Source: Bacteroidota bacterium (GTDB lineage Bacteria; Bacteroidota; Bacteroidia; Chitinophagales; Chitinophagaceae). Taken from it: a DNA stretch of 64,000 nt. The DNA lies in NCBI GenBank assembly GCA_048498035.1, contig JBEHYT010000005.1, positions 107,919-171,918 on the forward strand. The letters are read 5' to 3'. The notes below the pieces were generated by a model that was not told the DNA's origin, ran no database searches, and saw only the letters and a program-made list of their open reading frames with translations. Shown here one piece after another: positions 1-8,815 of this stretch. Within the stretch, counting starts at the first letter, position 1, and each line of letters begins with the position of its first letter. The position numbers and the translations under genes are program-made.

Positions 1-765
1 GTTATATACAATCAGCATAAAGCCAATCCAGATCAGGAACTGCGTTAGCCCTACTAATCCAATACCTACAATCTTTCCCACCATCATCTGGAATGGCCGT
101 ACAGATGAAACGATCACTTCTGCAATCCGGTTTGTCTTTTCCTCCATTACGCCCATCATTACTTGTGACCCATAAATGATCAGAATAAAATAGATCAGGA
201 ATCCACAGGCATAGCCAATGCCCGAAGCAGCTTCTGTATTTGTTTTCGTATCGGTTTCAAGCGTTAGCTGCATGCGATTCTTTGTCAGCACTTCCTGCTT
301 TGCACTGTCCAATCCCAATGCTTCGTTTTTAATCTCGTCCCAAACGTCATTTAATTTTCCTTCCACCACTTTGATAGAGCCGGTGCCATAAGCCTTATCC
401 GTATGCATGGTAATAGAAAGTGGCGCTGTTCCAACCGCATTAACCGCGGGTATGGTTACATAGCCGTCAAACCCATAGTCTTTAAAATGTTGCCGAACAG
501 AATCAGGCGGCTTGTTGGAAACGCTCAATACAGAACCTGTTGCCTTTTTGTTTTCCCGGTCCAGCACTTCCTGTGTAAAATAGCCATGACCGGAAGAATC
601 GATTACAGCTACATGAAGCGTCTTCTGGGATTTGTCGGCCAGGTAGCCCGTACCAAATACAAGTCCCAGGTAAAGCACCGGGAAAAGGATGGTACTGATC
701 ACAAAAGTGCGTTTGCGAACGCGTGTCAGGTATTCACGCTTTATAATAAGAGGTATCTTGCTCAT
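1..765 (-). CDS. ABC-2-type transporter permease (C-terminal part runs off the window start)
   Basis: My own translation of the minus strand from the ATG at 765 gives MSKIPLIIKREYLTRVRKRTFVISTILFPVLYLG... The frame stays open to position 1 (255 codons) and contains the ABC-2 hallmark MEEKTNRIAEV plus hydrophobic TM stretches. It lies 30 nt downstream of the ABC ATPase gene on the same strand. It is absent from the ORF track, presumably because it is truncated by the window edge. Confidence 0.75.
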   Translation of the reverse strand, partial: MSKIPLIIKREYLTRVRKRTFVISTILFPVLYLGLVFGTGYLADKSQKTLHVAVIDSSGHGYFTQEVLDRENKKATGSVLSVSNKPPDSVRQHFKDYGFDGYVTIPAVNAVGTAPLSITMHTDKAYGTGSIKVVEGKLNDVWDEIKNEALGLDSAKQEVLTKNRMQLTLETDTKTNTEAASGIGYACGFLIYFILIIYGSQVMMGVMEEKTNRIAEVIVSSVRPFQMMVGKIVGIGLVGLTQFLIWIGFMLIVYN

Positions 766-795
766 TGTTATAAGTTGGTTGTTCTGGTAATAGGA

Positions 796-1716
796 TCAGG
801 CCGTTTGAAATTGACGGGCAGCAGGTGTTCCCTGCACCAGCCGGATAAAAATATCATTGAGAGATGGCAGTATCTCATTAAAAGAATGAATCTCGGCCTG
901 GTTGTCTAACACGTATCGCAACACATCATTCGCAGTATGGCCTTCGCGGATGCGAATTACCGAGCCATTTTCTGTTTCGCCGATCTTTTCAAAAAAGGCG
1001 CCACCGTCTGGCAGGTTATTGGCCCTAATGCTGAACAGGTTTTCCTTAAAATCCTGTTTCACCTTCGCCACCGTTCCGTCCAGTATTATTTTTCCGCTGT
1101 TGACCAGCGCTATATGATCGCATATCTCTTCTACCTGTTCCATGCGATGCGTGCTAAAGATAATGGTAGCACCATTTTGCGCCAGGTTAAAGATCTCTTC
1201 CTTGATCACATTACTGTTTACCGGGTCGAGACCGCTGAAAGGTTCATCAAGGATGATCAATTTGGGGTTATGCACCACCGTGGTTACAAATTGCAGTTTC
1301 TGGCTCATCCCTTTCGACAGATCTTCCACCTTTTTATTCCACCAGGTTTCCATTTCAAACCTCACAAACCATTTCTTGATGTTTTCCATTGCTTCCGAAC
1401 GGCTCAGGCCTTTTAGTTGCGCCAGGTACATCGTTTGTTCACCAATTTTCATTCGTTTATAAAGACCACGTTCCTCCGGCATATAGCCGATGCGACCGAT
1501 GTCTTTTTCAGGATCAAATTTTTTGCCGTCGAAGATGATCTCGCCTTCATCCGGGAAAAAGATGCCGGTGATCATCCGGATAAGTGTTGTTTTCCCCGCG
1601 CCATTGGGCCCCAGTAATCCAAAGATAGATCCCGGTTGGATGGAAAGACTGATGTCGTCAACCGCTTTTTGCGAGGCAAAATATTTTTTTAGGTGAGACA
1701 GTTCCAATAAGGCCAT
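796..1716 (-). CDS. ABC transporter ATP-binding protein (ABC-2/NatA-like exporter ATPase)
   Basis: 306-aa ORF with Walker A GPNGAGKTT, signature LSKGMSQK, Walker B LIILDEPFSGLD and H-loop STHRM. The cognate permease gene follows directly. Confidence 0.93.
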   Translation of the reverse strand: MALLELSHLKKYFASQKAVDDISLSIQPGSIFGLLGPNGAGKTTLIRMITGIFFPDEGEIIFDGKKFDPEKDIGRIGYMPEERGLYKRMKIGEQTMYLAQLKGLSRSEAMENIKKWFVRFEMETWWNKKVEDLSKGMSQKLQFVTTVVHNPKLIILDEPFSGLDPVNSNVIKEEIFNLAQNGATIIFSTHRMEQVEEICDHIALVNSGKIILDGTVAKVKQDFKENLFSIRANNLPDGGAFFEKIGETENGSVIRIREGHTANDVLRYVLDNQAEIHSFNEILPSLNDIFIRLVQGTPAARQFQTA

Positions 1717-1816
1717 AAAGCAGTGATTTTAGGGTTCAAATATAGATGTCCTGTGGAAAAGCGGGAAAATCTGTCGGTGAAGTGCACGTTTTTCACCGTC
1801 AAGTGCATTGCATCCG

Positions 1817-3394
1817 TTAGTTGTGCAGCAATTTTTTTGCCATTTGCGTGGCTACGCGTTCACCATCCATGGCAGCACTTACAATTCCGCCGGCATAGCC
1901 TGCGCCTTCACCGCAGGGATACAGGTTGCTGATCTGCGGATGTTGCAGTGTTTCCGGATCGCGGGGAATGCGAACGGGAGAAGAGGTTCTTGATTCAGTA
2001 GCCACTACCACTGCATCATTGGTAAAATAGCCGCGCATTTTTTGTCCAAATTCCCGGAATGCTTCCTGCAATCGTTTATATATAAATGATGGCAGTACGC
2101 CGCCTAGTTCAACGCTCGCAAGACCTGGCAAATAGGAGCAGTTAGGCAAATCAGCCGATTGCTTCCCGTTTGAAAAATCAACAAGGCGTTGTGCGGGTGC
2201 CACCAGGTTGCCGCCTCCTGCTACAAATGCTTTTTGTTCCACCGCCTGCTGAAACTGCATAAGCAATAGTGGTGATGGTTTTGTTTTCGCCGGCAGCCAG
2301 GCTGCTGCATCTTTTTCTTCTACGGTTACTACAATGCCGCTGTTGGCATAAGGATTATTTCGTTTGGATGGGCTCCATCCATTCACCACCAATTCGCCGG
2401 GGCTGGTGGCAGCGGGAGCAATAATACCACCGGGGCACATGCAAAATGAAAATACGCCCTTGCCTTGTACCTGTTGCACCAAACTATATGATGCAGGCGG
2501 CAAAAACTGATCGCGTACCGGGCAATGGTATTGTACGCTGTCGATCAGCGTTTGCGGGTGCTCAACCCGCACGCCCAGGGCAAAAGGTTTGGCTTCCACG
2601 CGGATATCTTTATGATACAGGAGTTCAAAAATGTCCCTGGCGGAATGTCCTGTGGCCAGGATCACAGCATCTGCCTGCAGTTCATCACCATCTGCGGTAT
2701 GGATCTTTTTGATCGCACCGTTTTCGATGGTGATATCGGTGAGTTTTTTTTCAAAGTGAAACTCGGCGCCGCAATCGAGTAGTTGTTGCCGCATGGCGGC
2801 GATGATGCCGGGAAGTTTATTGGTGCCGATATGCGGATGTGCCTCATAGAGGATTGTTTCGGCTGCGCCAAAGTGGTGAAACAATTGCAGGATGCGTTCT
2901 ATATTTCCGCGTTTCGAGCTCCGTGTATAAAGCTTGCCGTCGCTATAGGTGCCTGCGCCTCCTTCTCCAAAGCAATAATTGCTTTCGGGATTTACTTCGC
3001 CCTGTTTATTCAGCGCTGCAAGATCGCGCCGGCGGGCGCGAACATCTTTACCGCGTTCCAGCAGGATGGGTTTAATGCCCAGTTCCAGTAATTGCAATGC
3101 GGCAAATAATCCGGCAGGGCCGGCCCCGATTATTGCCACGCGATGTGGAGACCGGGCAACGTTTTGGAAATTAAAATTTGCAGTGGTGCGCTGATGATAA
3201 GGCTCATTGATAAATACGCTGAGTGTAAGATTGATCCAGGTTTGACGGCCGCGGGCATCAATAGAACTTTTGAGAATGGTGTAGCCATGGATTGCCGTTT
3301 TAGCATACCCGGTGGCGCTGGCAATATATTGAGTAAGGATGGCGGCGTTCGCAGCTTCGCGGGGCTGTAGCCGCAATGAAATAGTTGTAGGCAT
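1817..3394 (-). CDS. NAD(P)/FAD-dependent oxidoreductase (uncharacterised FAD-dependent dehydrogenase family)
   Basis: 525-aa ORF with the dinucleotide-binding motif VAIIGAGPAGLFAAL and a C-terminal GEGAGYAGGI motif typical of this family. The many antisense ORFs in the track are shorter and lack motifs. Confidence 0.8.
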   Translation of the reverse strand: MPTTISLRLQPREAANAAILTQYIASATGYAKTAIHGYTILKSSIDARGRQTWINLTLSVFINEPYHQRTTANFNFQNVARSPHRVAIIGAGPAGLFAALQLLELGIKPILLERGKDVRARRRDLAALNKQGEVNPESNYCFGEGGAGTYSDGKLYTRSSKRGNIERILQLFHHFGAAETILYEAHPHIGTNKLPGIIAAMRQQLLDCGAEFHFEKKLTDITIENGAIKKIHTADGDELQADAVILATGHSARDIFELLYHKDIRVEAKPFALGVRVEHPQTLIDSVQYHCPVRDQFLPPASYSLVQQVQGKGVFSFCMCPGGIIAPAATSPGELVVNGWSPSKRNNPYANSGIVVTVEEKDAAAWLPAKTKPSPLLLMQFQQAVEQKAFVAGGGNLVAPAQRLVDFSNGKQSADLPNCSYLPGLASVELGGVLPSFIYKRLQEAFREFGQKMRGYFTNDAVVVATESRTSSPVRIPRDPETLQHPQISNLYPCGEGAGYAGGIVSAAMDGERVATQMAKKLLHN

Positions 3395-3431
3395 AGGTCA
3401 GGTTTTTATCCTGAAATGGCTACAAAGGTAC

Positions 3432-3459
3432 AAAAAAAGAACCCCGCAATGGCGGGGTT
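3432..3459 (-). terminator. Rho-independent terminator downstream of the beta-barrel gene
   Basis: On the minus strand the hairpin AACCCCGCC-ATT-GCGGGGTT is followed by CTTTTTTT, about 30 nt after the stop at 3488. Confidence 0.7.
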
Positions 3460-3487
3460 GCTTTATCTGAAGTAAGATGAATTGGTA

Positions 3488-4069
3488 TTAGTTCAGGCGG
3501 AAGGTAGCTGTAACCTGCGCACCGTGATTTGTCCATTTTTCAGGACCATCTGCCAATGCGTTGGTAAAGCTGTACATATAACGGGCACCCAGACCAAAGC
3601 CTTTGGTGATCCAGTATTCTGCGCCGGCAGTGCCAAGGAAATTAAATTCATTGAACTGGCTGGTCACTTTTTCACCGCCGTTTGATTTAGCCTGGATGAT
3701 AAAATCACCCTGTGGGCCCGCAAGTACTTTCAGTTTTTTGCAAACATCAATTTTGACGAGTACCGGGATGGAAAAATAGTTGACGCGGTAATTGGTAGTG
3801 AGTGTGTTGGTTTCCCTGAAATTTCCACCCATGGCAGAATATAAAAAGTTGGGCTCTACGGAAACTTTGGAGCTCAGGGGTATGTCGGTATTTACACCAA
3901 AAACAAAACCTGATTTCCATTTTGAATCTGTGTTGGCTCCGTCTTTTACGTCAATGGTAGTGAGGTTAAAGCCGGTTTTGATACCGAAATGCCCCCATTT
4001 TTTATGTTGGGCAAAAAGAGATGAACTTATCATCAACGCGACGATGAGCGTAGTGGCGATTTTTCTCAT
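3488..4069 (-). CDS. Outer-membrane beta-barrel (porin-family) protein
   Basis: Signal peptide MRKIATTLIVALMISSSLFAQ, then an alternating hydrophobic beta-strand pattern rich in G/Y/F/N. I moved the start to the ATG at 4069; the track ORF extends upstream through a K-rich, non-protein-like stretch. Confidence 0.75.
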   Translation of the reverse strand: MRKIATTLIVALMISSSLFAQHKKWGHFGIKTGFNLTTIDVKDGANTDSKWKSGFVFGVNTDIPLSSKVSVEPNFLYSAMGGNFRETNTLTTNYRVNYFSIPVLVKIDVCKKLKVLAGPQGDFIIQAKSNGGEKVTSQFNEFNFLGTAGAEYWITKGFGLGARYMYSFTNALADGPEKWTNHGAQVTATFRLN

Positions 4070-4218
4070 AGCAGTTTTTTTGATAGCCCGAATGTAGCGA
4101 TAAATTGAAATAATATCAAGAAACTTTTTCTTCTTCCGAAGTCCCGGAAAACAGCATTTTTTGCCGCCAAAATCCTGTAGCTTGCAGTAGTTTTTGTCCT
4201 TCTTTTCAATCTTCAACC

Positions 4219-4968
4219 ATGCGTAGAACTCTGTCGCTTGCCTGTTTTTACAGCTTTCTAATTTTACTTGCTTCGTGTAGCAGTTCCTACCGTACGCAGG
4301 GAATGCAGTACAAGGATTATCACATTACGGCTACCCAGCCGCAGGATAGCCAGTTGCTCTCGCTGATAAAGCCCTACCGGGAGCAGGTAACGGCAAGGAT
4401 GAGTGATGTGGTTGGCGTGGCAGATCAGACACTTGATAAGCAGGCCCCGGAAAGTTCGCTTGGTAATTTTATGGCAGATGCATTTTTGACCATGGCCCGC
4501 CAGAAGTTCAATACGCACGTGGACCTGGCGATCATGAATTATGGCGGTATCCGTTTAACGCAATTGCCGGCCGGGAATGTTACGCGGGGTAAAATTTTTG
4601 AATTGATGCCGTTCGACAATGTACTAATTCTGCAACAGCTAAAAGGCAATGTGCTGCAGCAGTTGCTGGATCTGACAGCAGCCCGCGGAGGGTGGCCGGT
4701 GGCAGGTGCAAGCTTCCAGATAAAAGACAAAAAAGCGATCCATGTGATGATCGGAAATAAACCGCTTGACCCGGCTGCCACCTATGTGCTGGCCAATTCT
4801 GATTTTGTGGGCAATGGCGGAGATGATGCAGATATGTTGCGGCCGGTACCGCAACAGAGCATTGGTTATTTGATGCGGGATGCGATAATCGACTACATTC
4901 AATGGCTCAAATCCCAGGGAAAAAATATTGGTGCCAACGTAGAAAAACGTGTTACATATGCTGAGTAG
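4219..4968 (+). CDS. 5'-nucleotidase C-terminal (substrate-binding) domain lipoprotein
   Basis: Lipobox LLASCSS. The motifs LGNFMADA...MNYGGIR...GKIFELMPFDN match the UshA/5'-nucleotidase C-terminal domain. Confidence 0.85.
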   Translation: MRRTLSLACFYSFLILLASCSSSYRTQGMQYKDYHITATQPQDSQLLSLIKPYREQVTARMSDVVGVADQTLDKQAPESSLGNFMADAFLTMARQKFNTHVDLAIMNYGGIRLTQLPAGNVTRGKIFELMPFDNVLILQQLKGNVLQQLLDLTAARGGWPVAGASFQIKDKKAIHVMIGNKPLDPAATYVLANSDFVGNGGDDADMLRPVPQQSIGYLMRDAIIDYIQWLKSQGKNIGANVEKRVTYAE

Positions 4969-5893
4969 GAAAAAATTTATTCGGACAGCTGCATTATCAG
5001 CCGGCGCCATGGTGGCCGGGCCGTCGATGCTGGAAGCTGCAACGCAGTGGTCTCCCACGCGGTTGACCATCTTACATACTAATGATGTCCATAGCCGTCT
5101 TGATCCTTTTCCCATGGATGGCGGGCGCAATCAGGGCCTGGGAGGTGTGGCGGCGCGCGCAGCGCTGATCCGCGATATCCGCGCGCAGGAGGAACAGGTA
5201 TTGCTGCTGGATGCTGGCGACATTTTCCAGGGCACTCCTTACTTTAATCTCTATAAAGGAGAGCCGGAGATCAAGGCTATGTCTGCCATGGGCTATGATG
5301 CCTGCACCATCGGCAACCATGATTTTGACGCAGGCATGGAAAACCTGGCAACCCAGTTAACAAAACATGCCAATTTCCCGATGATTGTTTCCAATTATGA
5401 TTTCAGTGGCACGGAAATGGAAGGGAAGACGATACCATATAAGATAATAAAGAAGGGCAGGTTGAAGATTGGCATCTTTGGGGTGGGAATTGAGTTGCAT
5501 GGACTGGTGCCGGACAATCTGTACAAACAAACACAATATCTTGATCCTGTTCAGAAAGCCAACGAAATGGCGGCAATGCTGCAAAAAGATAAAGGCTGTG
5601 ATATGGTGATCTGCCTTTCACACCTGGGATACCGGTATAAGGAAAATAAAGTGAGCGACGAGGTGCTGGCGAAAGAAACAGAAAACATCGACCTGGTCAT
5701 CGGTGGGCATACGCATACCTTTCTTGATCAACCGGTTGTTTACAAAAACAAAAAAGGAGGTGATGTGATTGTAAACCAGGTTGGCTGGTCTGGCATCATC
5801 CTGGGGCGATTGGATTTTGAATTTTCCAAATTTTCGGGCAAAAAAATGACAAATGCTCATTCCATTTTGGTTAGTGAAAAAACCGGCGAATAA
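4958..5893 (+). CDS. Calcineurin-like metallophosphoesterase (5'-nucleotidase/UshA N-terminal catalytic domain)
   Basis: Twin-arginine-like leader SRKKFIRTAALSAGAMVAG. Metallophosphatase motifs HTNDVHS, DAGDIFQG and GNHDFD. I chose the ATG at 4958; the track begins at a GTG at 4949. The gene overlaps the upstream stop. Confidence 0.88.
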   Translation: MLSRKKFIRTAALSAGAMVAGPSMLEAATQWSPTRLTILHTNDVHSRLDPFPMDGGRNQGLGGVAARAALIRDIRAQEEQVLLLDAGDIFQGTPYFNLYKGEPEIKAMSAMGYDACTIGNHDFDAGMENLATQLTKHANFPMIVSNYDFSGTEMEGKTIPYKIIKKGRLKIGIFGVGIELHGLVPDNLYKQTQYLDPVQKANEMAAMLQKDKGCDMVICLSHLGYRYKENKVSDEVLAKETENIDLVIGGHTHTFLDQPVVYKNKKGGDVIVNQVGWSGIILGRLDFEFSKFSGKKMTNAHSILVSEKTGE

Positions 5894-6160
5894 AAATTTT
5901 TTTTTATAAAAGAATTGTAGATATTCGCCGTCCTGTCCAACTTTTTTTATTGACATCGTGTGAATAGTTTTTTTGGACAATTGCGAAAAAGTTATTAGGA
6001 ACAATCGTTGCCACAAAGAAGCGAAAACACGAGAGAGAAAGCCCCCTGGTTTTTTTATTGTGATCGTTTTTTGAAGCAGCAGGATCAAGGAGATGCCGGC
6101 TTGGCGCTCTTTTTTGAAACAACTCTAATTAACCCGATATAGTAAACTGCTTGTTGACAG

Positions 6161-7594
6161 ATGGAGAAAAATGCTGAAAAAGTCTGGGCCAATTGTTTAA
6201 AGATCATCAAGGACATTGTTGAATGGCAGCATTTCAAAACCTGGTTTGAACCCATTACACCCGTTTCGCTTAAAAGTAACGTGCTGGTTATCCAGGTTCC
6301 GAGTCAGTTCTTTTTTGAGTATTTGGAGGAACATTACGTAAATTTATTAGCCAAGACGCTCAAGCGTGAATTGGGTAAGGAAGCACGGCTTGAGTATCGC
6401 ATCATGGTAGACAGCGGCAACCGGAAAAACAAACCGGTAACGATGGATGTGAGTGGTCAGGGCTTTAAAACCTATTCTAATAACGAAATGGATTTTCCAC
6501 TTGTCATAAATAATCCTGTCAAGAATCCGTTCGTGATCCCGGGTCTTAAGAAGATGCAGATTGACCCGCAACTGAATCCCATTTACACATTTGAGGCATT
6601 TATTGAAGGTGATTGTAACCGTGTTGCCCGCAGGGCCGGGAAAACCGTAGCTGAAAAGCCTGGAAATAACTCATTTAACCCGCTGGTGATCTATGGCGGT
6701 GTAGGCCTGGGCAAAACGCACCTGGTGCAAGCCATCGGCAACGAAGTAAAAAGGACGCATCCCAATAAAGTGGTATTATATGTGAGCTCAGAGAAGTTCA
6801 TCAACCAGTTTATGGATCACAGCCGCAACAATGCGATCAATGACTTTATACATTTCTACCAGCTTATTGATGTATTGATCATTGATGATGTGCAGTTTTT
6901 TGCGAAGGCCGAAAAATCGCAGGATGCATTCTTTGCCATCTTCAATCACCTGCACCAGTCGGGTAAACAACTGGTTCTCACATCAGATAAGCCGCCCAAA
7001 GACCTGGAAGGGGTACAGGAGCGTTTGTTGAGCCGTTTTCGCTGGGGCCTGAGCGCTGATTTACAAGTGCCTGATTATGATACCCGGATTGAGATCCTGG
7101 AGCGGAAAATGAAGAATGACGGGCTGGAAATGCCTAAAGAGGTTGTTAAATATATCGCCTACAATATCAATAGCAATGTGCGGGAACTGGAGGGAGCGCT
7201 GATTTCACTGTTGGCACAATCTTCGCTTAATAGGAGAGAGATTGACCTAGATTTAGCAAAGAAAGTGTTGAGGAATTTTGTAAAATCATCGAGTAAAGAA
7301 ATTACGATCGAAACTATCCAACGGATGGTTTGTGAGTATTTCGATGTGTCTTATGACAAACTCCTGCAGAAAACGCGGAAGCGGGAAATCGTGCAGGCAA
7401 GACAGATTACTATGTACCTGGCGAAAGCCTTTACCAAGAATTCACTGAAGACGATCGGTGAACATTTTGGAGGCCGGGACCATACTACCGTAATCCACTC
7501 CTGCCAAACGGTGAAAGACCTGATGGACACGGATACCGTTTTTCGCGAGAATGTGCTGGAGCTACAGCAAAAAGTGCAACTGGCCGCTATGTAA
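6161..7594 (+). CDS. dnaA: Chromosomal replication initiator protein DnaA
   Basis: 477 aa with AAA+ Walker A GGVGLGKTHL, Walker B LIIDDVQF, sensor SDKPP and the C-terminal DnaA-box-binding domain (...IGEHFGGRDHTTVIHSC...). Confidence 0.97.
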   Translation: MEKNAEKVWANCLKIIKDIVEWQHFKTWFEPITPVSLKSNVLVIQVPSQFFFEYLEEHYVNLLAKTLKRELGKEARLEYRIMVDSGNRKNKPVTMDVSGQGFKTYSNNEMDFPLVINNPVKNPFVIPGLKKMQIDPQLNPIYTFEAFIEGDCNRVARRAGKTVAEKPGNNSFNPLVIYGGVGLGKTHLVQAIGNEVKRTHPNKVVLYVSSEKFINQFMDHSRNNAINDFIHFYQLIDVLIIDDVQFFAKAEKSQDAFFAIFNHLHQSGKQLVLTSDKPPKDLEGVQERLLSRFRWGLSADLQVPDYDTRIEILERKMKNDGLEMPKEVVKYIAYNINSNVRELEGALISLLAQSSLNRREIDLDLAKKVLRNFVKSSSKEITIETIQRMVCEYFDVSYDKLLQKTRKREIVQARQITMYLAKAFTKNSLKTIGEHFGGRDHTTVIHSCQTVKDLMDTDTVFRENVLELQQKVQLAAM

Positions 7595-7626
7595 GCGAGC
7601 CAAAGAGGTGAGTTAAACCTATTCAA

Positions 7627-7649
7627 CCCCGCCGGTGGCGGGGTTTTTT
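7627..7649 (+). terminator. Rho-independent terminator after dnaA
   Basis: CCCCGCC-GGT-GGCGGGG hairpin followed by TTTTTT. Confidence 0.8.
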
Positions 7650-7676
7650 ATTGTCCCCCATACCGCCTTCCGTCTT

Positions 7677-7692
7677 TGTGATCATTATCACA
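7677..7692. promoter_or_regulatory. CRP/FNR-type palindrome TGTGAT-N4-ATCACA upstream of the Crp/Fnr regulator gene
   Basis: The sequence TGTGATCATTATCACA has perfect 6-bp arms and ends 49 nt upstream of the ATG at 7741. Confidence 0.6.
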
Positions 7693-7740
7693 CAATTTTC
7701 CCAATCACTTTTTTATTTTGAAAGTTCCTATTTTGCAGTT

Positions 7741-8406
7741 ATGACCAACTCCATTGAACAGGCAACCATCCGGGATTACCTGGCCGCTCACTTTTCACAA
7801 TTTGAGCCTGAACTGGCGGAACAACTTGCGCAACAATGTTCCCTGCGTCATTTTGAAGCAGGAGAACTGTTGATGCAAACCGGTCACTATTTCAAATCCA
7901 CGATGTTGATTGTGGAAGGCCTTGTAAAGTTATATCGTGAAAGCGATGAGGGGGGTGAATTTTTTATCTATCATCTTCAACCCGGAGATGCCTGCGCACT
8001 TTCCATTATTTGCGCCACGCGGCAACAGAAAAGTGAGATACTGGCGCGCGCCGTAGAGCCCACCACAGCACTGTTGATCCCCATTGCGCTAATGGATGAG
8101 TTGATGCGGCAATATAAAAGCTGGTATTATTTTGTACTGGAAACCTATCGTTCAAGATTTGAGGAATTGCTGATGGTGGTAGACAGCATTGCTTTTAAAA
8201 GTATGGATGAACGACTTGAATTTTATTTGAAAAACCAGCAGCAGCAATTTCATACCAATGAGCTCGCCATTACGCATCAGCAGATTGCCGATGATCTCAA
8301 TTCTTCCAGGGAAGTTATTTCACGGTTGCTGAAAAAAATGGAGCAGCGCGGCCTCGTTGCACTGGGGAGAAATACGATTACGATGAAAACTACAAGTGCC
8401 TTATAG
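7741..8406 (+). CDS. Crp/Fnr family transcriptional regulator
   Basis: cNMP-binding-like beta-roll (FEAGELLMQTGHYFKSTMLIVEGLVKLYRE) plus a C-terminal HTH (THQQIADDLNSSREVISRLLKKMEQRG). The start is set at the ATG at 7741; the track begins at an upstream TTG. Confidence 0.88.
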   Translation: MTNSIEQATIRDYLAAHFSQFEPELAEQLAQQCSLRHFEAGELLMQTGHYFKSTMLIVEGLVKLYRESDEGGEFFIYHLQPGDACALSIICATRQQKSEILARAVEPTTALLIPIALMDELMRQYKSWYYFVLETYRSRFEELLMVVDSIAFKSMDERLEFYLKNQQQQFHTNELAITHQQIADDLNSSREVISRLLKKMEQRGLVALGRNTITMKTTSAL

Positions 8407-8580
8407 CGATGTTAGTTTCGGTTTTGTACCCATTTATATCCAAAATGGAATTTTATTTGTTTAAGAGAGATTAGTCCGAATAAATATTCATATTGTCATT
8501 TTAATGCGTAATTTTATACCGCGGTTGAGAGGGCTGCCAAAGCGGTCCGCTGATTTTAAATCACTCGGCTGCATTTTTTT

Positions 8581-8730
8581 ATGCACTTACTTTATCTTGA
8601 TGATGCGGGTTCACTGAATAATAGTGCGGAAGACTACATTGTTCTTGGAGGTGTTGCGGTTTACGAGGCTCAAACTTATCACCTTTCACAAGAGTTGGAA
8701 CGACTGGCGCTTTCTATCGACAGCGAATAG
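8581..8730 (+). pseudogene. 49-codon ORF resembling the N-terminus of DUF3800-type proteins (probable gene remnant)
   Basis: My own translation gives MHLLYLDDAGSLNNSAEDYIVLGGVAVYEAQTYHLSQELERLALSIDSE*. The hhYhD(D/E)xG start followed by hhLGGV resembles DUF3800 N-termini, but the ORF is far too short for that family. Family assignment is from memory only. Confidence 0.3.
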
Positions 8731-8748
8731 TTTTTACAAAATTGCAAT

Positions 8749-8764
8749 TGTAACTTTTGTCACC
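8749..8764. promoter_or_regulatory. Degenerate CRP/FNR-type box (TGTAA-N6-TCACC) upstream of the TauE gene
   Basis: It has two mismatches to TGTGA-N6-TCACA and lies 52 nt upstream of the ATG at 8816. Confidence 0.35.
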
Positions 8765-8815
8765 TTTTTCCCGCAGCTCATTTGCCAGTTTTGTGTTCTT
8801 AACAAAGCGGCGATT

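Noticed and set aside
403-1696. Plus-strand track ORFs (403..909, 902..1117, 937..1416, 1142..1462, 1417..1617, 1490..1696) overlapping the ABC transporter genes
   Set aside because: They are antisense to ORFs with unambiguous ABC motifs (Walker A/B, signature, EEKTNR permease motif). Their translations are low-complexity, lack motifs and are mutually overlapping.
5894-6160. oriC or a DnaA-box cluster upstream of dnaA
   Set aside because: I found only one near-consensus box (TGTGAATAG at 5959..5967, one mismatch to TGTGNAWAA) and no box cluster or obvious DNA-unwinding-element array. That is insufficient to call an origin, and in Bacteroidota oriC is not necessarily next to dnaA.
8624-8815. 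N-terminal extension of the TauE ORF. Similar extensions are 7651..7740 (Crp/Fnr), 12097..12141 (YeeE), 27590..27664 (SusD), 4070..4216 (porin), 42615..42713 (lipoprotein) and 31820..31858 (integrase).
   Set aside because: The extensions start at non-ATG or upstream codons, overlap neighbouring genes or intergenic signals, and precede clear signal peptides or conserved N-termini. Internal ATG starts were chosen instead.
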